From Lingula anatina (lineage: Eukaryota > Animalia > Brachiopoda): DNA of 64,000 nucleotides. Of this stretch, positions 37,219-49,775 are shown one piece after another (positions within the stretch are counted from its first letter, which is position 1; each line of letters opens with the position of its first letter). The notes beneath the pieces are model-generated. The model was not told the origin of the DNA and ran no database searches. It saw only the letters and a list, made by a program, of their open reading frames with translations. The DNA lies in the NCBI GenBank assembly GCA_051362555.1, contig CM120649.1, forward strand, positions 12,772,001 through 12,836,000, read 5' to 3'. Both the position numbers and the translations under genes were made by a program.

Positions 37219-39257
37219 ATGATTCCTTGACTATGTACCTTGTTATGATTAGATTGCGAGACCCAAAACGTCTAAGGTTGCAAACGTGTTGGTTTCAAAT
37301 GCCCTCATATAAAGTCGACTCTTCAATAGAATATTTAAAAAAACTCATGTCCAAATCGATTTGGTACTTTGGTGAAATTCTATCTGACCTCAAATTAGGA
37401 AGATAATTACATCAAAAGTCAACAATTCATCCTTTTTGAAGATTAATCAACAGTTTTGTGTAGATCCACGACGCGCCGTGTTAAAGTTTGTCTTACGTCG
37501 GATGTGCATAAATTGATGATCTCGTCTGTCGTTCACCCTGGACAACTCGACCAGGTGTAAATCAACCACTCAGGACTTTTCCATAGTAAAATCAATGCTT
37601 TTGTTATTATAAAAAAAAAACATCAATATAGATGTAAAAACACAACACAATTTCTAGTTGAGATCGAATCGTCAAGACCAATAATTTGCTGTGTACAATT
37701 ATATTTAAATAACATCAATAAAAATGTAACAAAACACATTCCCAAGTTGAAATCAATAATTCGATGTGTGCAGTGAACCTAGGTTTTATTTTTTAGGACG
37801 TCAATACTGCAAATAAATAATTTTACCAGCATTAAAGGATTTTCTGGTGAAAACCAATACGCCGATATTTAGAGAAAGAACATTCCATGGAGAGTAATAA
37901 ACATGCAAGATTTCTGTCATAAATATCTTCGTTGGGTCTAGGACATCAAAGCCATTCCAATTTTTTTGACAAATCGATAGCTTTAGCTTATGTTAGTCGA
38001 GCAGCCCTGCGAAATACATTACAGCAACAATAGGCTCATGCACGTTGATCTATTAATCTAAAAATATATGAATAATCCATTTGACTATTTGTTGTGGTAA
38101 TTTCTATTCAAGTTTTTTTTTGTTGAGTGCGTTTGTTATTGCAAAGAGTTGGGATTGTCAAACACACGATTGATTACATTACTAAATGGCGTGAACGTGA
38201 ATATTGTAAAAAAAAGGGATTAGTCACGATATTTATGACCTTTGATGCATTAATAGGAAGTTTGTACAAATTATGCATGGCTTCAGACAAATGTATGTTA
38301 GTCAGAAAATTCAAAGAAAATACTGAAAATCGAACGTCCGAACAACAAACACGTTTCGATCGAGTACCGGCAGGGTTTAACATGCTAAAGAACTCTCCCT
38401 TTTTCTCTAAAACTGAGGAAAATTTTCCATAAGTCAGTGGTAATCTTTATATTTTGAGTGCAGGTGGAATGTTCCAGACCTCATCGTGAAACCCCCCTCA
38501 TTATCAAGACTAGGCACTGGAATTAAAATTCTATTTTTTCTATATAAATAGATATAATCACTACACTAGTTGATGTCAAAGAACTGATCATTAGAATGAA
38601 ACATCCATCTATATAACACTGTAACTTAAACGCATGCGTGTGTGACAGTGTAAAATATGCAAGCTGAACCATAATAGTTGTTTAAAAAATCTAAGTACTA
38701 AAGGTAAAGGATGCCGATTCTGTTTTGCTGCTTTTGGCCGCTCATACTTTCTGTAGACTTCTGAAGAGAAAGGCATGTCGAAACGAAATTGATCGGAAAT
38801 GAAATTATTTATTTGTAAGAATTAATACAAGAAAACGTGCAGGAGATGGTACATTTAACATAATGAAGGAGGATTCACGCGTAAAACATGTTTCTTTCAA
38901 TTAAATATCCAAAGCAAAATCATTGCTCAAATATGGACATTACTAGCATAATCAAATAATAAACCTGACAATAAATGTGCTGAGAGAGGAGAAAGAAAGT
39001 AAGTAAATTTCCACGACATTAAACAGGATAAAACGTTGCATTTAAGTCCACGTAATGAATTTCAGCTCCCCCGCATGATAAGTTTTGCCAACTCCATTTT
39101 TCTTTCAATAATTAATTTTCTTTCAATCTCTTATAATAAAACAACTTGTCTTCGTGGTTCCAAATATTTAAATTATTTAATTTAATGAAGTGCTTCTGCA
39201 ATTGTTCACTTTTCGTGTTGTCGCCTGATATCGTCTGTTGTACTACTTCTATTGTAG

Positions 39258-40694
39258 TCATAGAACAAAGCGAAATGTTTTTAACTTTCCTTTCAACTCC
39301 CCCACTACAAGCTGCCCTTTGTTATCAATGGTAACACCCTGTGGTATAGAAACCTGTTCTCGACCCACCACGTATCTCAACAGTTGACCATCTGAGGTCA
39401 GAGCAACCACCCTGTTATTTCCCAGGTCAGCAATGAAGATGTGCCCCACGTTGTCTGTACACACTCCCCAGGGGTTCTTCAGGTATCCATCACCTAAGCC
39501 TTTCTCACCTGGTGTACCATACTGGAACACTACATCACCCTGGTGGGTCACTCCATATACACAGTGCCCACTCCAGTCACTCACCACAATGGTGTCACAT
39601 GGGAGCACTGTAATGTAATGTGGATATATACACATAGGAACACTGATCTTATTGATAAAACTGTACTGCACAGCGTCATACTCAAAGATACATTTATTGT
39701 TTTGGTCACAGACAAGTATGTTTCCATTGTTGTCCACTGTAACACCCCAGGGCGTAGACATGTCACCCTGACCAAATGTTTGGACATGTTTCCCGGAGGA
39801 GGAATAAACTCGGCATCCATCATCACATGTAACCACCAGTCTGTCATCACTGAGCACGGTGACACCCCTGGGATCTGGTACGTGTACCTCAAATTTCACC
39901 TCATGAAATGGTGATATTGCCTGTATTTTTTTCTAAGTGTCACAAACTACATAAACTGCCCCACTTTGGCTGCACGATAAGTCGAACAAATTATTCATAC
40001 TGCTGTGAAACTCACGCACCAGAGATGCAGTTTTTAGCCATTTTAACTTCTTCACGCGACCAAAGAAGTCTGCTGGAAGTTTTTCTTTACAAAAAGTGAT
40101 CTCTGTTGTTTTTGCCTGTACGGTGGGTTTAGCATTTTTGAATTCTTTCATCTTTGCTTGAATATTTTTACTGCATTTTATCACATCCACGTGGGAGCAA
40201 TGTTGGACAAGCTTTTTGGCATCCTCACATATGCTGTGAATGGATTCCTTCTGTTGGTGAACGCGATCTTTCTCAGCCTCGAGTGACTTAATTTGTGCTG
40301 CAGCGTGGTCTTTTGCTTCTGCTATTAACTGAGCAGAGGTACGCTTAACCTCTTCTATGATATCTGCCTCTTGTTGTTCTATGACAGTCACCGTTTTGTT
40401 TATGTCCTCATTTGTATCTTCCAGTTGCTTAGATATTTCCGACTCTGCATTTTCAAACAGTGAAATATTCGTTGATAAATAATTAAATGCGCATTTTATT
40501 TTCTCTCTATGCGTTTCTGCTTCATCTGCAATGTCTACACAATTGTGTTTGTTGTGTTTGGTGAGAATACAGTCACGACACACAGCAACATGGTCATCTG
40601 TGCAATAAAATTTCAATCGTTCCTCTTTATGCTTATCGCAAAATGGTGTTAAGTCCTTATCTTCCTGGGCTTGATTACTGGATTTGGATGTCAT
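39258..40694 (-). pseudogene. TRIM-NHL copy 3: in-frame loss of RING and B-box1, one premature TAG at 39933-39935
   Basis: MTSK joins SSNQAQEDKD (about 136 codons missing versus copy 4); ORFs 39933-40697 and 39258-39899 share one frame, separated by TAG where copies 5 and 6 have TCG. Confidence 0.88.
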
Positions 40695-41600
40695 CACTGT
40701 CGTAAAAGACCGTTGGAATCGGTTTCGGTGCTAAGATTTCTCCTTATATCTGTAAAATAGGCAGTTACTTCTTGAACTGTTGAGTTGCTATTGCCATATG
40801 ATATAGCTCATCACCTGATCGGCGTACTTCTTTAATTTTGTAAGGGGTTATAAACGGTAAAATTGGAAAGCAATGTACATCAAAACCCACATGATTCCTT
40901 GGCTATGTGCCTTGTGATGATTAGATTCCGAGACCCATAACTTCTAAGATTGCAAACGATTTGGTTTCAAATGCCCTTATATTAAGTTGATCACTCCACT
41001 AGAATATTTGCAAACGCCGTGTCCAAATCGATTTGGTACTTTGGTGAAATTCTATCGAACAGCAAATTATGAAGAAAATTACACCAAACGTCAACAATTC
41101 TTCCTTTTTGAAGATTAATCAACAGTTTTGTGCAGATCCACGACGCGTCATGTTAAAGTTGCAGTCTTATGTCGGATGTGCATAAATTGATGATCGCGTC
41201 TGTCGTTCACCCTGGACAACCCTACCAGGTGTAAATCAACCACCCAGGACTTCTCCATAATAAAATCAATGCTTTTGTAATTATAAAAAACATCAATATA
41301 CATTTAGATGTAAAAACACAATGCCAAGTTGCAATTCGTATTTCGATGTGTACAATGAACCCAGGTTTTATGTTATAGGAAGTCAACACTTCAAAATAAA
41401 CCATTTTACCAACATTAAAGGAGATTCTGATGAAAACCAATACGCCGATATCTGGGAAGAAAACACCTTGAAGAGTCTAACAAACATGCAAGATTCTGTC
41501 ATAAATATCTTCATTGGTTCTAGGACATCAAAGTCATTCCTATTTTTTGACATATCGATAGTTTTGTTAGTCGAGCAGCCGTACGAAATACCTTTCATAC

Positions 41601-41786
41601 CCAAACCCAATATAGAGGTGCAATTGATGTCACAAGCATGTTCTTAAAAATATTTACTGCACAGATATTTGTGGATTTTTGTTATGTACACATATATGTT
41701 TTGCAATATTGAATACAACTTTGAATTCATTCATTTTTATTTTTTGACACTTCAGCATGTGAAATGCACCTCTATATTGGGTTTGG
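41601..41786. mobile_element. MITE with perfect 22-bp TIR
   Basis: CCAAACCCAATATAGAGGTGCA...TGCACCTCTATATTGGGTTTGG; absent from paralogous blocks near 30770 and 38020. Confidence 0.8.
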
Positions 41787-41883
41787 ATGTCCAGCATTAA
41801 TGGGTTCATGCATGTTCATACGGTTTTTAGGTTCCTTGCGTCCGTCTACGACGTAGCTAGATCGCAGGGAAGAAATCAAGTAA

Positions 41884-42068
41884 AGCCTAGGCCCCAACCG
41901 AACGCACGGGCTGCTACGTGTGGTCTACGGCCAAAAAATGGGGAAAACGTGGGAGTTCGTGCGTGAGGAGCACGTCCATCGTGCGACTTTTGGAGGACGC
42001 AAACAGCACTTAGAAACTTTTCAACAGCCGCTACGTGCGATCTAGGTACGTCCTAGCCGGACGCAAGG

Positions 42069-42101
<33 letters not shown>

Positions 42102-42132
42102 GTGCGTCCAAAACGCAGTTGGGACCTAGGCT
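41884..42132. mobile_element. Harbinger-like MITE with adjacent inverted fragment (41820-41868)
   Basis: taa|AGCCTAGGCCCCAAC...GTTGGGACCTAGGCT|tta; absent from paralogous blocks. Confidence 0.7.
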
Positions 42133-43364
42133 TTAGACCGATGTAAAATACATGAGTAATCCATTTGACCATTTTTTGTGGTTATTTCTATTAAATTATT
42201 TTTGTTAAGCGCATTTGTTATTACAACGAGTTGGGATTGTCAAAAACACGATTGAGTACATTGCCAAATGACGTGAACGTGAATATTGTGATAAAAAAAA
42301 AATTGGTCCACGACATTCATGACCTTTGCTGCATTATTAGGAATTAAGTTCAAGCAGTGCATGGCTTCAGACAAATGTATGTTAGTCAGAAAATTCAAAG
42401 AAAATACTGAAAATCGGACGTCCGAAAAACAAACGCGTTTCGGTCGAGTACCGGTAGAATATAACATAAGGTGCAAAAGAACTCTCCCTTTTTCTCTGAA
42501 ACTGAGGAGAATTTCCCATAAGTCAGTCGTAATCTTTATATTTTGAGGGCAGGTGGAATGTTCCTGACATCATGGTCCATCTCCTCTCATTATCATAACT
42601 AGGCGCTGGAATTTAAATTATATTTTTTCTATATAAAGAGATATAATCACAGCACTAGATGATGTCAAAAGAACCGAACAGTAGAATGAAACATCCATCT
42701 ATATAACACTGTAACATTAACGCATGCGTGCGCAACAGAGTAAAATATACAAGCTCAACAATAATAGTTTTAAAAATCTAAATACTAAAGGTAAAGGATG
42801 CCGATTCTGTTTTGCTGCTTTTGACCGCTGATACTTTCTGTAGACTTCTGAAAAGTCGTCGAAACGAAATTGTCGGGAAATGAATTTTATTTATTTGTAA
42901 GAATTAATACAAGAAAAACGTGCAGGAGATACTACACTTAACATGATGGAGGAATAACACTGTGTAAATCATATTCCTTTCAAATAAACATCCAAAGCAG
43001 AATCATTGCTGAAATATAGACATGAAACTAGAATATTCAAATATTAAACCTGACAATAAATGTGCTAAAAGAGGTCGGAACAAAATAAGTAAATTTCCAT
43101 TCGTTTTGTCACGTATGAACTACGACATGAATAGGATAAAACATTGAATTTAAGACCACGTAACGAATTTCAGCTCCCCCGTATGACAAGTTTTTCCAAC
43201 TACATTTTTCTTTCAATAATTGATTTTCTTCCCATCTGTTAGAATAAAACAACTTTTCTTTGTGGTTCCAAATGTTTAAAATATTTACTTTCACGAAGTG
43301 CCCCTTCAATTGTTCATTTTCTATGTTGTCGCCTGGTAACGTCTGTCATACACTTCTACTGCAG

Positions 43365-45257
43365 TCAATGAACATAGCTAAATGTTTTCACCTGGCCTTT
43401 CAGCTCGCCCACTACAAGCTGTCCTTTGTTATCGGTGGTGACACACCGTGGTTTTGAAACCTGTTCTCGACCCACGATGCATCTCAACAATTGGCCATCT
43501 GAGGTCAGAACAACCACCCTATTATTCCCTGGGTCAGCAATGAAGATGTGCCCCAAGCTGTCTGTACATACCCCCGTGGGCTGGTCCAGGTATCCATCAC
43601 CTAAACCACTCTTCCCTGATGTACCATACTTGAACACTACATCGCTCTGTGGGGTCACTCCATATACACAGTGTCCAGCATAGTCACTCACCACAATGGT
43701 GTCACGACATGGGAGCACTGCAATGTATCGTGGATCTTCACACATAGGAACACCGATCTTATTAATAAGATTGTACTGCACAGCGTCATACACACAGATA
43801 CATTTATTGTTCTTGTCACAGACAAGTATGTGTCCATTGTTGTCCACTGTTACACCCTGGGGGTTAGACTTGTCACCCTGACCAAATGTTTGGACATGTT
43901 TCCCGGGGGAAGAATACACTCGGCATCCATCATCACATGTAACCACCAGTCTGTCATCACTGAGTACGGTGACGCCCCTGGGGTCTGGTACGTTGACCTG
44001 AAATATCACCTTATGAAATTTTGATATTGCCTTAAGTTTAACCATGCGAGTTTTACCAAGATTGCTTATACATAGATATATTGTCCCACTTTGGCTGCAC
44101 GAAATGTCCTGTAAACTGTCCTCACTGTCCCATAAATACCCAAATATGCTCCACGTTGAATCAAACTCACCCACCAAAGATGCAGTATTTAGCCATTTGT
44201 ACTTTTTCAAACGACCAAAAAGGTCCCGTGGAAGTTTTTCTTTAATAAAAGTTATGCCCGTTGTCTCTGCAGGTACGGGAGGTTCAACATTATTCAGTTC
44301 TTTTATCCTTGCTTGGATATTTTTAGCGTGAATCATCACCTCTGTGTGGGAGCCATATTGGACGAGCTGTTTGGCAAACTCACAAGTGCCGTGAATGGAT
44401 ACTTTCTGTAGTTCAAGGTTATCTTTCTCATCTTTGAGGGATTTCATGTAAGCTGCGGCGTGAGCTTTTGCTTCTGATGTCAACTGTCCACTAATTCGTC
44501 GAACCTCTTTTATAATATCCGTCTCTTGTTGCTGTATGTCGGCCAAAGATTTGTCATTGTCATCACTTGCATCCTTTTGTTGTTTAGATACTTGTAACTC
44601 TGCATTTTCTAACAGTGAAATTTTCTTAGATAGATCATTAAAGCCACTTTTAATTTTCTCTTTATGCGCTTTTGCAACATCTGCAACGTCTACACAATTG
44701 TGTTTGTTGTGTTTGGGGAGAATACAGTCACGACATACAACAACTTCGTCATCTGTGCAATAAAATTTCAACCGTTCTTCTTCATGCTTATCGCAAAATG
44801 GTGTTACGTCCTTTTCTTCCTGGGCTTCATTACCAAGTTCAGACACTGCAACCATCGTGTGTCCTTGTAGAAATTTTATGGCGTCATGCTGTTTTTGTCG
44901 ACAGTTCTCACAAAAAAAGTGTTTGCAATCCTGACAGTAAAATTGGGCAAGTTGTGATTGACAGTTCCCGCACATTTTGTCTTTACTCTCTGTTGTCAAC
45001 ATGAAGTCCTTCGCCTTTAACAAAAAGAAGTTACGAACAAGTTTCTCCAGTCCACCTGGTGGAACAGGCGCCTCATGGCGGCACACTGGACACGTGATGT
45101 TGTGTCCTGTCCCACTCGCTGCCACGTGTTGGGCAAGGCAAGCCAGGCAGAAAGAATGATAGCATGGGAGGACACGCGGGTCGTCATACTCGTGAAGACA
45201 GATGTGACACGTTAGAAAATTGTCACTGAAGCCTTCGTAGAACTTCTTTGATGCCAT
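43365..45257 (-). CDS. TRIM-NHL E3 ubiquitin ligase copy 4, intact
   Basis: 630-aa uninterrupted ORF, same domains, with in-frame insertions in the first NHL blade. Confidence 0.94.
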   Translation of the reverse strand: MASKKFYEGFSDNFLTCHICLHEYDDPRVLPCYHSFCLACLAQHVAASGTGHNITCPVCRHEAPVPPGGLEKLVRNFFLLKAKDFMLTTESKDKMCGNCQSQLAQFYCQDCKHFFCENCRQKQHDAIKFLQGHTMVAVSELGNEAQEEKDVTPFCDKHEEERLKFYCTDDEVVVCRDCILPKHNKHNCVDVADVAKAHKEKIKSGFNDLSKKISLLENAELQVSKQQKDASDDNDKSLADIQQQETDIIKEVRRISGQLTSEAKAHAAAYMKSLKDEKDNLELQKVSIHGTCEFAKQLVQYGSHTEVMIHAKNIQARIKELNNVEPPVPAETTGITFIKEKLPRDLFGRLKKYKWLNTASLVGEFDSTWSIFGYLWDSEDSLQDISCSQSGTIYLCISNLGKTRMVKLKAISKFHKVIFQVNVPDPRGVTVLSDDRLVVTCDDGCRVYSSPGKHVQTFGQGDKSNPQGVTVDNNGHILVCDKNNKCICVYDAVQYNLINKIGVPMCEDPRYIAVLPCRDTIVVSDYAGHCVYGVTPQSDVVFKYGTSGKSGLGDGYLDQPTGVCTDSLGHIFIADPGNNRVVVLTSDGQLLRCIVGREQVSKPRCVTTDNKGQLVVGELKGQVKTFSYVH

Positions 45258-45349
45258 GACTCAAAGTTCAATTAGGTTTACACACGGCCAAATTACTGTA
45301 CAATAAGTCTCGTCACTTCATGATGTCGCGTTCTCGTGGCCATATCTGT

Positions 45350-45410
45350 CTTTGACTGGACTGGGTAACACTGCGTCTGGGTTTTATACAAGAAAGAACA
45401 AACTACGTCA
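45350..45410 (-). promoter_or_regulatory. Proximal promoter of TRIM copy 4 (CRE-like, TATA, Inr-like)
   Basis: Minus strand: TGACGTAG (45403-45410), TATAAAA (45382-45388), CCAGTC about 25-30 nt downstream; similar arrangement at copies 5 and 6. Confidence 0.6.
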
Positions 45411-45484
45411 TTTTACACGGTGACGAAATCGTGTGCCAGAGACGGTGAGGGTTGCGGGGGTAGCTTATTAAATCACCATCAATT

Positions 45485-45735
45485 AGAGACCACTCCCATC
45501 GTACTAACTTTGGATTGATCTATCCCCTAGGGGAGTCTTGCTAAATTGCAGTTTACTTAAGCGGCTTAGATGTCTGTCCCGCCTACTGAAGCTAATAAGG
45601 GGTAATCAACTATCGTTTAACAGCTTTAGTAGGCGTGCCAGACATCTAAGCTGCTTAAGCTGATAGCAATTTAGCGAGAAACACCTTGGAGATAGACCGA
45701 TCCTGTTAGATCGATCTAGGAATCGGAACCCAGTC
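45485..45735. mobile_element. Diverged relative of MITE family A (fragment also at ~63605-63657)
   Basis: Shares gatctatccc, tctgtcccgcctactgaa, ggggtaat motifs with an internal inverted arrangement. Confidence 0.6.
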
Positions 45736-47025
45736 TTACATTTTCTTCAGACCGGCCTAAACTGCATTTAATTGACATTTAATTACTCATTTTTTAATTA
45801 CTCATTCAACTCGTTGCTGAACAAATTATGTCAAAATTTTAGTCAGTTCTAAATAACTTCGGTTGTAATCAGCCAATGAACATTTATCAACAAAATTGTG
45901 CGTTTGATTATTATTATTATTATTTATTTTTTATTATTTAATTAATTTTTTTGAATGATAAATTTATCATGATCGTATGACTAACAACTTTTAAAACTAG
46001 CTATCACTTTTAGATTTAGTTGCAGTTTCATAGCTTCTCATTTTCCTATCGCCACCCTCCTTGGACCCATGGACTGTTACAGAATCACCTGATTTAATCA
46101 GGTATTTACGTGTCTGTAATTTATACCCCGTAAACATGACAGGAGACAATATTTGATATAAAAGTAAGTGCCAAATTTGATTTTTTTTGTTTTACAGGTT
46201 GATCTGCTATTCAGACAAGCCCCCAACCCCGACATCCTGTATGTTTATACAGTTTTCCCCTTTTTATATCGGTGTTCAATCAGTCATGGATTTGCGCTAA
46301 ATTCAGCCTCCCGTTTCGCGAAAAATGTTCAGAAGCCACGCAGTTCAATCTTCGAAAGATTTAATTCAAGGAATATCCCGATTTTATATTTCCTCATTCT
46401 CATAATAATACTGAAAATAAATCATCTCCATAAAACTGTGAAAATTATACTTGCACTCATGTATGATATCCAATTATTAAGTTTAATTACATTTCCAAGG
46501 ATTTAGTTTATATTCTTATTTTCAACATGTATTTTAGATGGTTCAACCTGCACTAACTGTACACTTTGGCATACGTGACAACACACCTCACTCGTCCTGA
46601 TAGTCGGAGTCACCTGAGCTGTACGCCGTGTCACCAGGCACTTGTTACAGGAGATAGCAAAAATGAATCAGTTTATAAACCCCGGCGCTGACATCGTGTT
46701 TCAAGTTACTCTATATTCACCCTGACTCTCTGATAACAACTTGTTCAAGGACATGATGTTTACTGCTCAATACCAGGACAGGACGTTGCTAATGATTAAG
46801 CAGTTACTACCTTCCCTGCAACAGATAACTAACATCTAATTTCAAGGGATTTTGGAACAAATACCTTCAAACTATTCTCTTTAATGCATTAATGCAGTGC
46901 TTTTATATTACAAAATACAAAACATGAATAAATATCAAATAAGTAAAAAGTTCAAAGTGAAAAATAAACACTGAAAATTACCATCTAGTTTATTGAGAAA
47001 ATTGTCCTTTATCGCTAAAGTAAAT

Positions 47026-47777
47026 GGCCCGTATTCCAAGATGCTCCTTAAAACAGGGCTAAGGTCAACTTTTATAAAGGCTTCCTTTGATGAGGTCTTC
47101 CTTGGTAAAGGAAGGCCTAACGAAATGGTATTCTAAGACCACACTTTAGCCTCTCCTTTGATAAGGGATAACTTTGACAAAGTCAGCCTTTAAGGTAAGG
47201 GACACTGACACAAAGGAGCTCCTCATTGGTTAGAGTAGGCCTTTGTGACACCCTCCTCGTTAAAAATGCCTCAGTAATGTTGTATAATTGGGGTCAACTG
47301 ATCAACTTCAGTCATGCAACAGCACATATGGACATTATCACTGCATGTGGATGTTTTGATCTAAGCCAAATTTAGTGAATAAAGCAAGTATGGCAAGAAG
47401 AAAAAAGAAGGGTTTGGAGGATGAGAAAACCAAAGTCGTAGACCCTTTTCTGATATCGAAAAAGCAGCTACTGATGCAACGAGTCAACAGAGAAAAAAGC
47501 CTATCCTCGATCAAATGTATTACTTCCGCCAAGGAGGTTGTTTTCACCCCTGTTTGTTTGTCTGTCTTTTTGTTACCACCACCAAGGAGGTTATGTTTTC
47601 ATCCCTGTTTGTTTGTCTGTCTGACTGTCTATCTGTCTGTCTGTTTGTTTGTCATCAACATAACTCAAAAAGTTATGGCCGATTTGTATGAAATTTACAG
47701 GGTAGGTCAGAAATGGGTTAACTTAGAAGTGGTTAGTTTTTGGTGGTGATCAAGATCAATTATCTGGAATACGGGCC
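47026..47777. mobile_element. Harbinger-like non-autonomous element
   Basis: TIR GGCCCGTATTCCA/TGGAATACGGGCC, AAT TSD; empty site near 57690. Confidence 0.8.
47520..47760 (+). mobile_element. Helentron/HINE (DINE-like) fragment nested in the 47026-47777 element
   Basis: ttacttccgccaaggaggtt head (duplicated), GTTT/GTCT microsatellite, ataactcaaaaagttat palindrome, atgaaattt. Confidence 0.65.
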
Positions 47778-47782
47778 AATAT

Positions 47783-47873
47783 CCCTTACGAAAAAGTCCT
47801 ATAGGATTCTATAAAAATTTTGCCAAATTTCTTATAGGATCTTATAGGATCCTATAAGACTTTTTCGTTAGGG
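47783..47873. mobile_element. 91-bp MITE
   Basis: TIR CCCTTACGAAAAAGTC/GACTTTTTCGTTAGGG, internal tataggat repeats, AATAT on both flanks. Confidence 0.75.
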
Positions 47874-49759
47874 AATATTACGGAAAATGGCTGGAATTAA
47901 CACGAAAACAAATTGTATAGAGAGGATAGCGTTAAATGTGTGCACTAACTGTAGACTAGGGTGTACGTGAGAACACACCTCACTCGTCCTGATAGCTAGA
48001 GTCACCTGAGCTGTACGCCCCACCACGAGGCACTTGTTACAAGAGATAGCAGAACTGGGCTAGTTTATTAACCCAGGCGCTGATTGTCTGTGAAGTTATT
48101 CTATAAAGGCACTATGATAACATTTTGGTTTTTGCTCAATATAGGATAGGATAGTGTTAATTATTAGACAGTTATTAATTTCCTCGCCTGACACTACCAA
48201 CTTACACGGATTTTGTTGTTTTTCATATATTTTCAAACAATTCTCTTCCGTAAACACAATGGGCTTAAAACTTTTATATTACAAAATACAAAAATGTAAA
48301 TATCAAATAAATAAAAGGTCAAGGTGAAAAGTCATTATCGGTAATACCACCTGGAATTTTAATAAGGTAAAATATTATGGAAAGTGGCTGGAATTAACTA
48401 GAAAATAAATTGTATAAAGGGGGTGGCGTTAAGTGTGTGCCTTAAAACATGCACTAACTGCACACTTGGACGTACGTGAGAACACACCTCACTCATCCTG
48501 ATAGCCGGAGTGACAAGGCACGAATTACAGGAGATAGTAGAACTGGGCTAGTTTATTAACCCAGGCGCTGATCATTGTCTGTGAAGTTATTCTATAAAGG
48601 CTCTCTGTTAACATTTTGTTCAGGGACTTGTTGTTAACTGCTCAATACTAGGATAGGAAAGTGTAAATTGTTAAGCAGTTATTACCTTTCCCGACCGCCA
48701 CTACCAATTTACCCGGGTTTTGGTATTTTTCAAATATTTTCAAACGATTCTTTTAAATGCACACAATGTGCTTAAAACTTTTATATTACAAAAGACAAGA
48801 AAGTAAATATCAAATAAATAAAAAGCTCAAGGTGAAAAATCAGTATAACGGTAATACCACCTGGAATTTTAATTTATCGTCAAGGCAAAATGTTATGGAA
48901 AGTGGCTGGAATTAACAAGAAAAAAATTGTATAAACGGGATGACGTTTAATGTGTATCTTAAAACATGCAGCAACTTGTACAGAAGAGGGCGTATGTGAG
49001 AACACACCTCACTCGTCCTGATAGCCGGAGTCACCTGAGATGTACGCCGCACCAGGAGGCACTTGTTACAAGAGATAGCAGAACTGGACTTATTTATTAA
49101 CCCCGGTTCTGATTGTCTATGAAGATACTCTATATACCAAGGTATTTACCCTTGCTGTGCAGTTGGTTTGTTTTATAATGTTAAACTTGTAAGGATGTAT
49201 GTGGATTTTATTTGAGTTATGTGATAAAACGGTACAAATATGTAGTCATTTGTGTGCGGTACAGGAGATGTACACATTTGGAATCTCACTTGTTATTTAT
49301 TTAAAATAATAATACACCCTGACCACCTGCAGTGAGGACTGTAAAAAATTGCCCTGGCAACGAGGCCTATGGGGTTTAAAGGTGTTCGTTCCTGCTGTGA
49401 ATATGTCTTATCCTGTACAAAAGAACAGAATGAAAACCGTATCAAGTCTACAGAGTGACATACCAACTCCTGGCTAATTCTTTGAGAGTAACAAAAAGAG
49501 ATGATTTCAAACATCAAAATGCAATGAGTACTCCATCGACATACTGATTCCAACACACACAACTAAATTGTTATCAAATGCTTAAGATTGATCCTCTAAA
49601 TGTTATAATGGGATTTTAAAACTATATATTTATTATCCACACAGCACACCCCACCCCTCGTTGGAACGATATTATTAAGGTTACTGACTGCCTTATATGC
49701 TCCACTGCATGCTTTTATCTGAAAAGTTTTCCCATGTTTGACAAAAGAAACAAATTCTG

Positions 49760-49775
49760 TAGCGCCATCTGGAGG
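49760..49775 (-). promoter_or_regulatory. CTCF-like motif
   Basis: CCTCCAGATGGCGCTA in the paralogous block. Confidence 0.5.

Larger units (their letters stand above)
46500..49140. repeat. Tandem array of four ~520-bp units, each with a GC-rich ~100-bp core (interrupted by MITEs)
   Basis: Cores start at about 46549, 47941, 48450, 48967. Confidence 0.85.

Noticed and set aside
39930-39936. Programmed stop-codon readthrough in copy 3
   Set aside because: TAG followed by AAA is not a leaky context, and paralogs show a simple TCG>TAG change.
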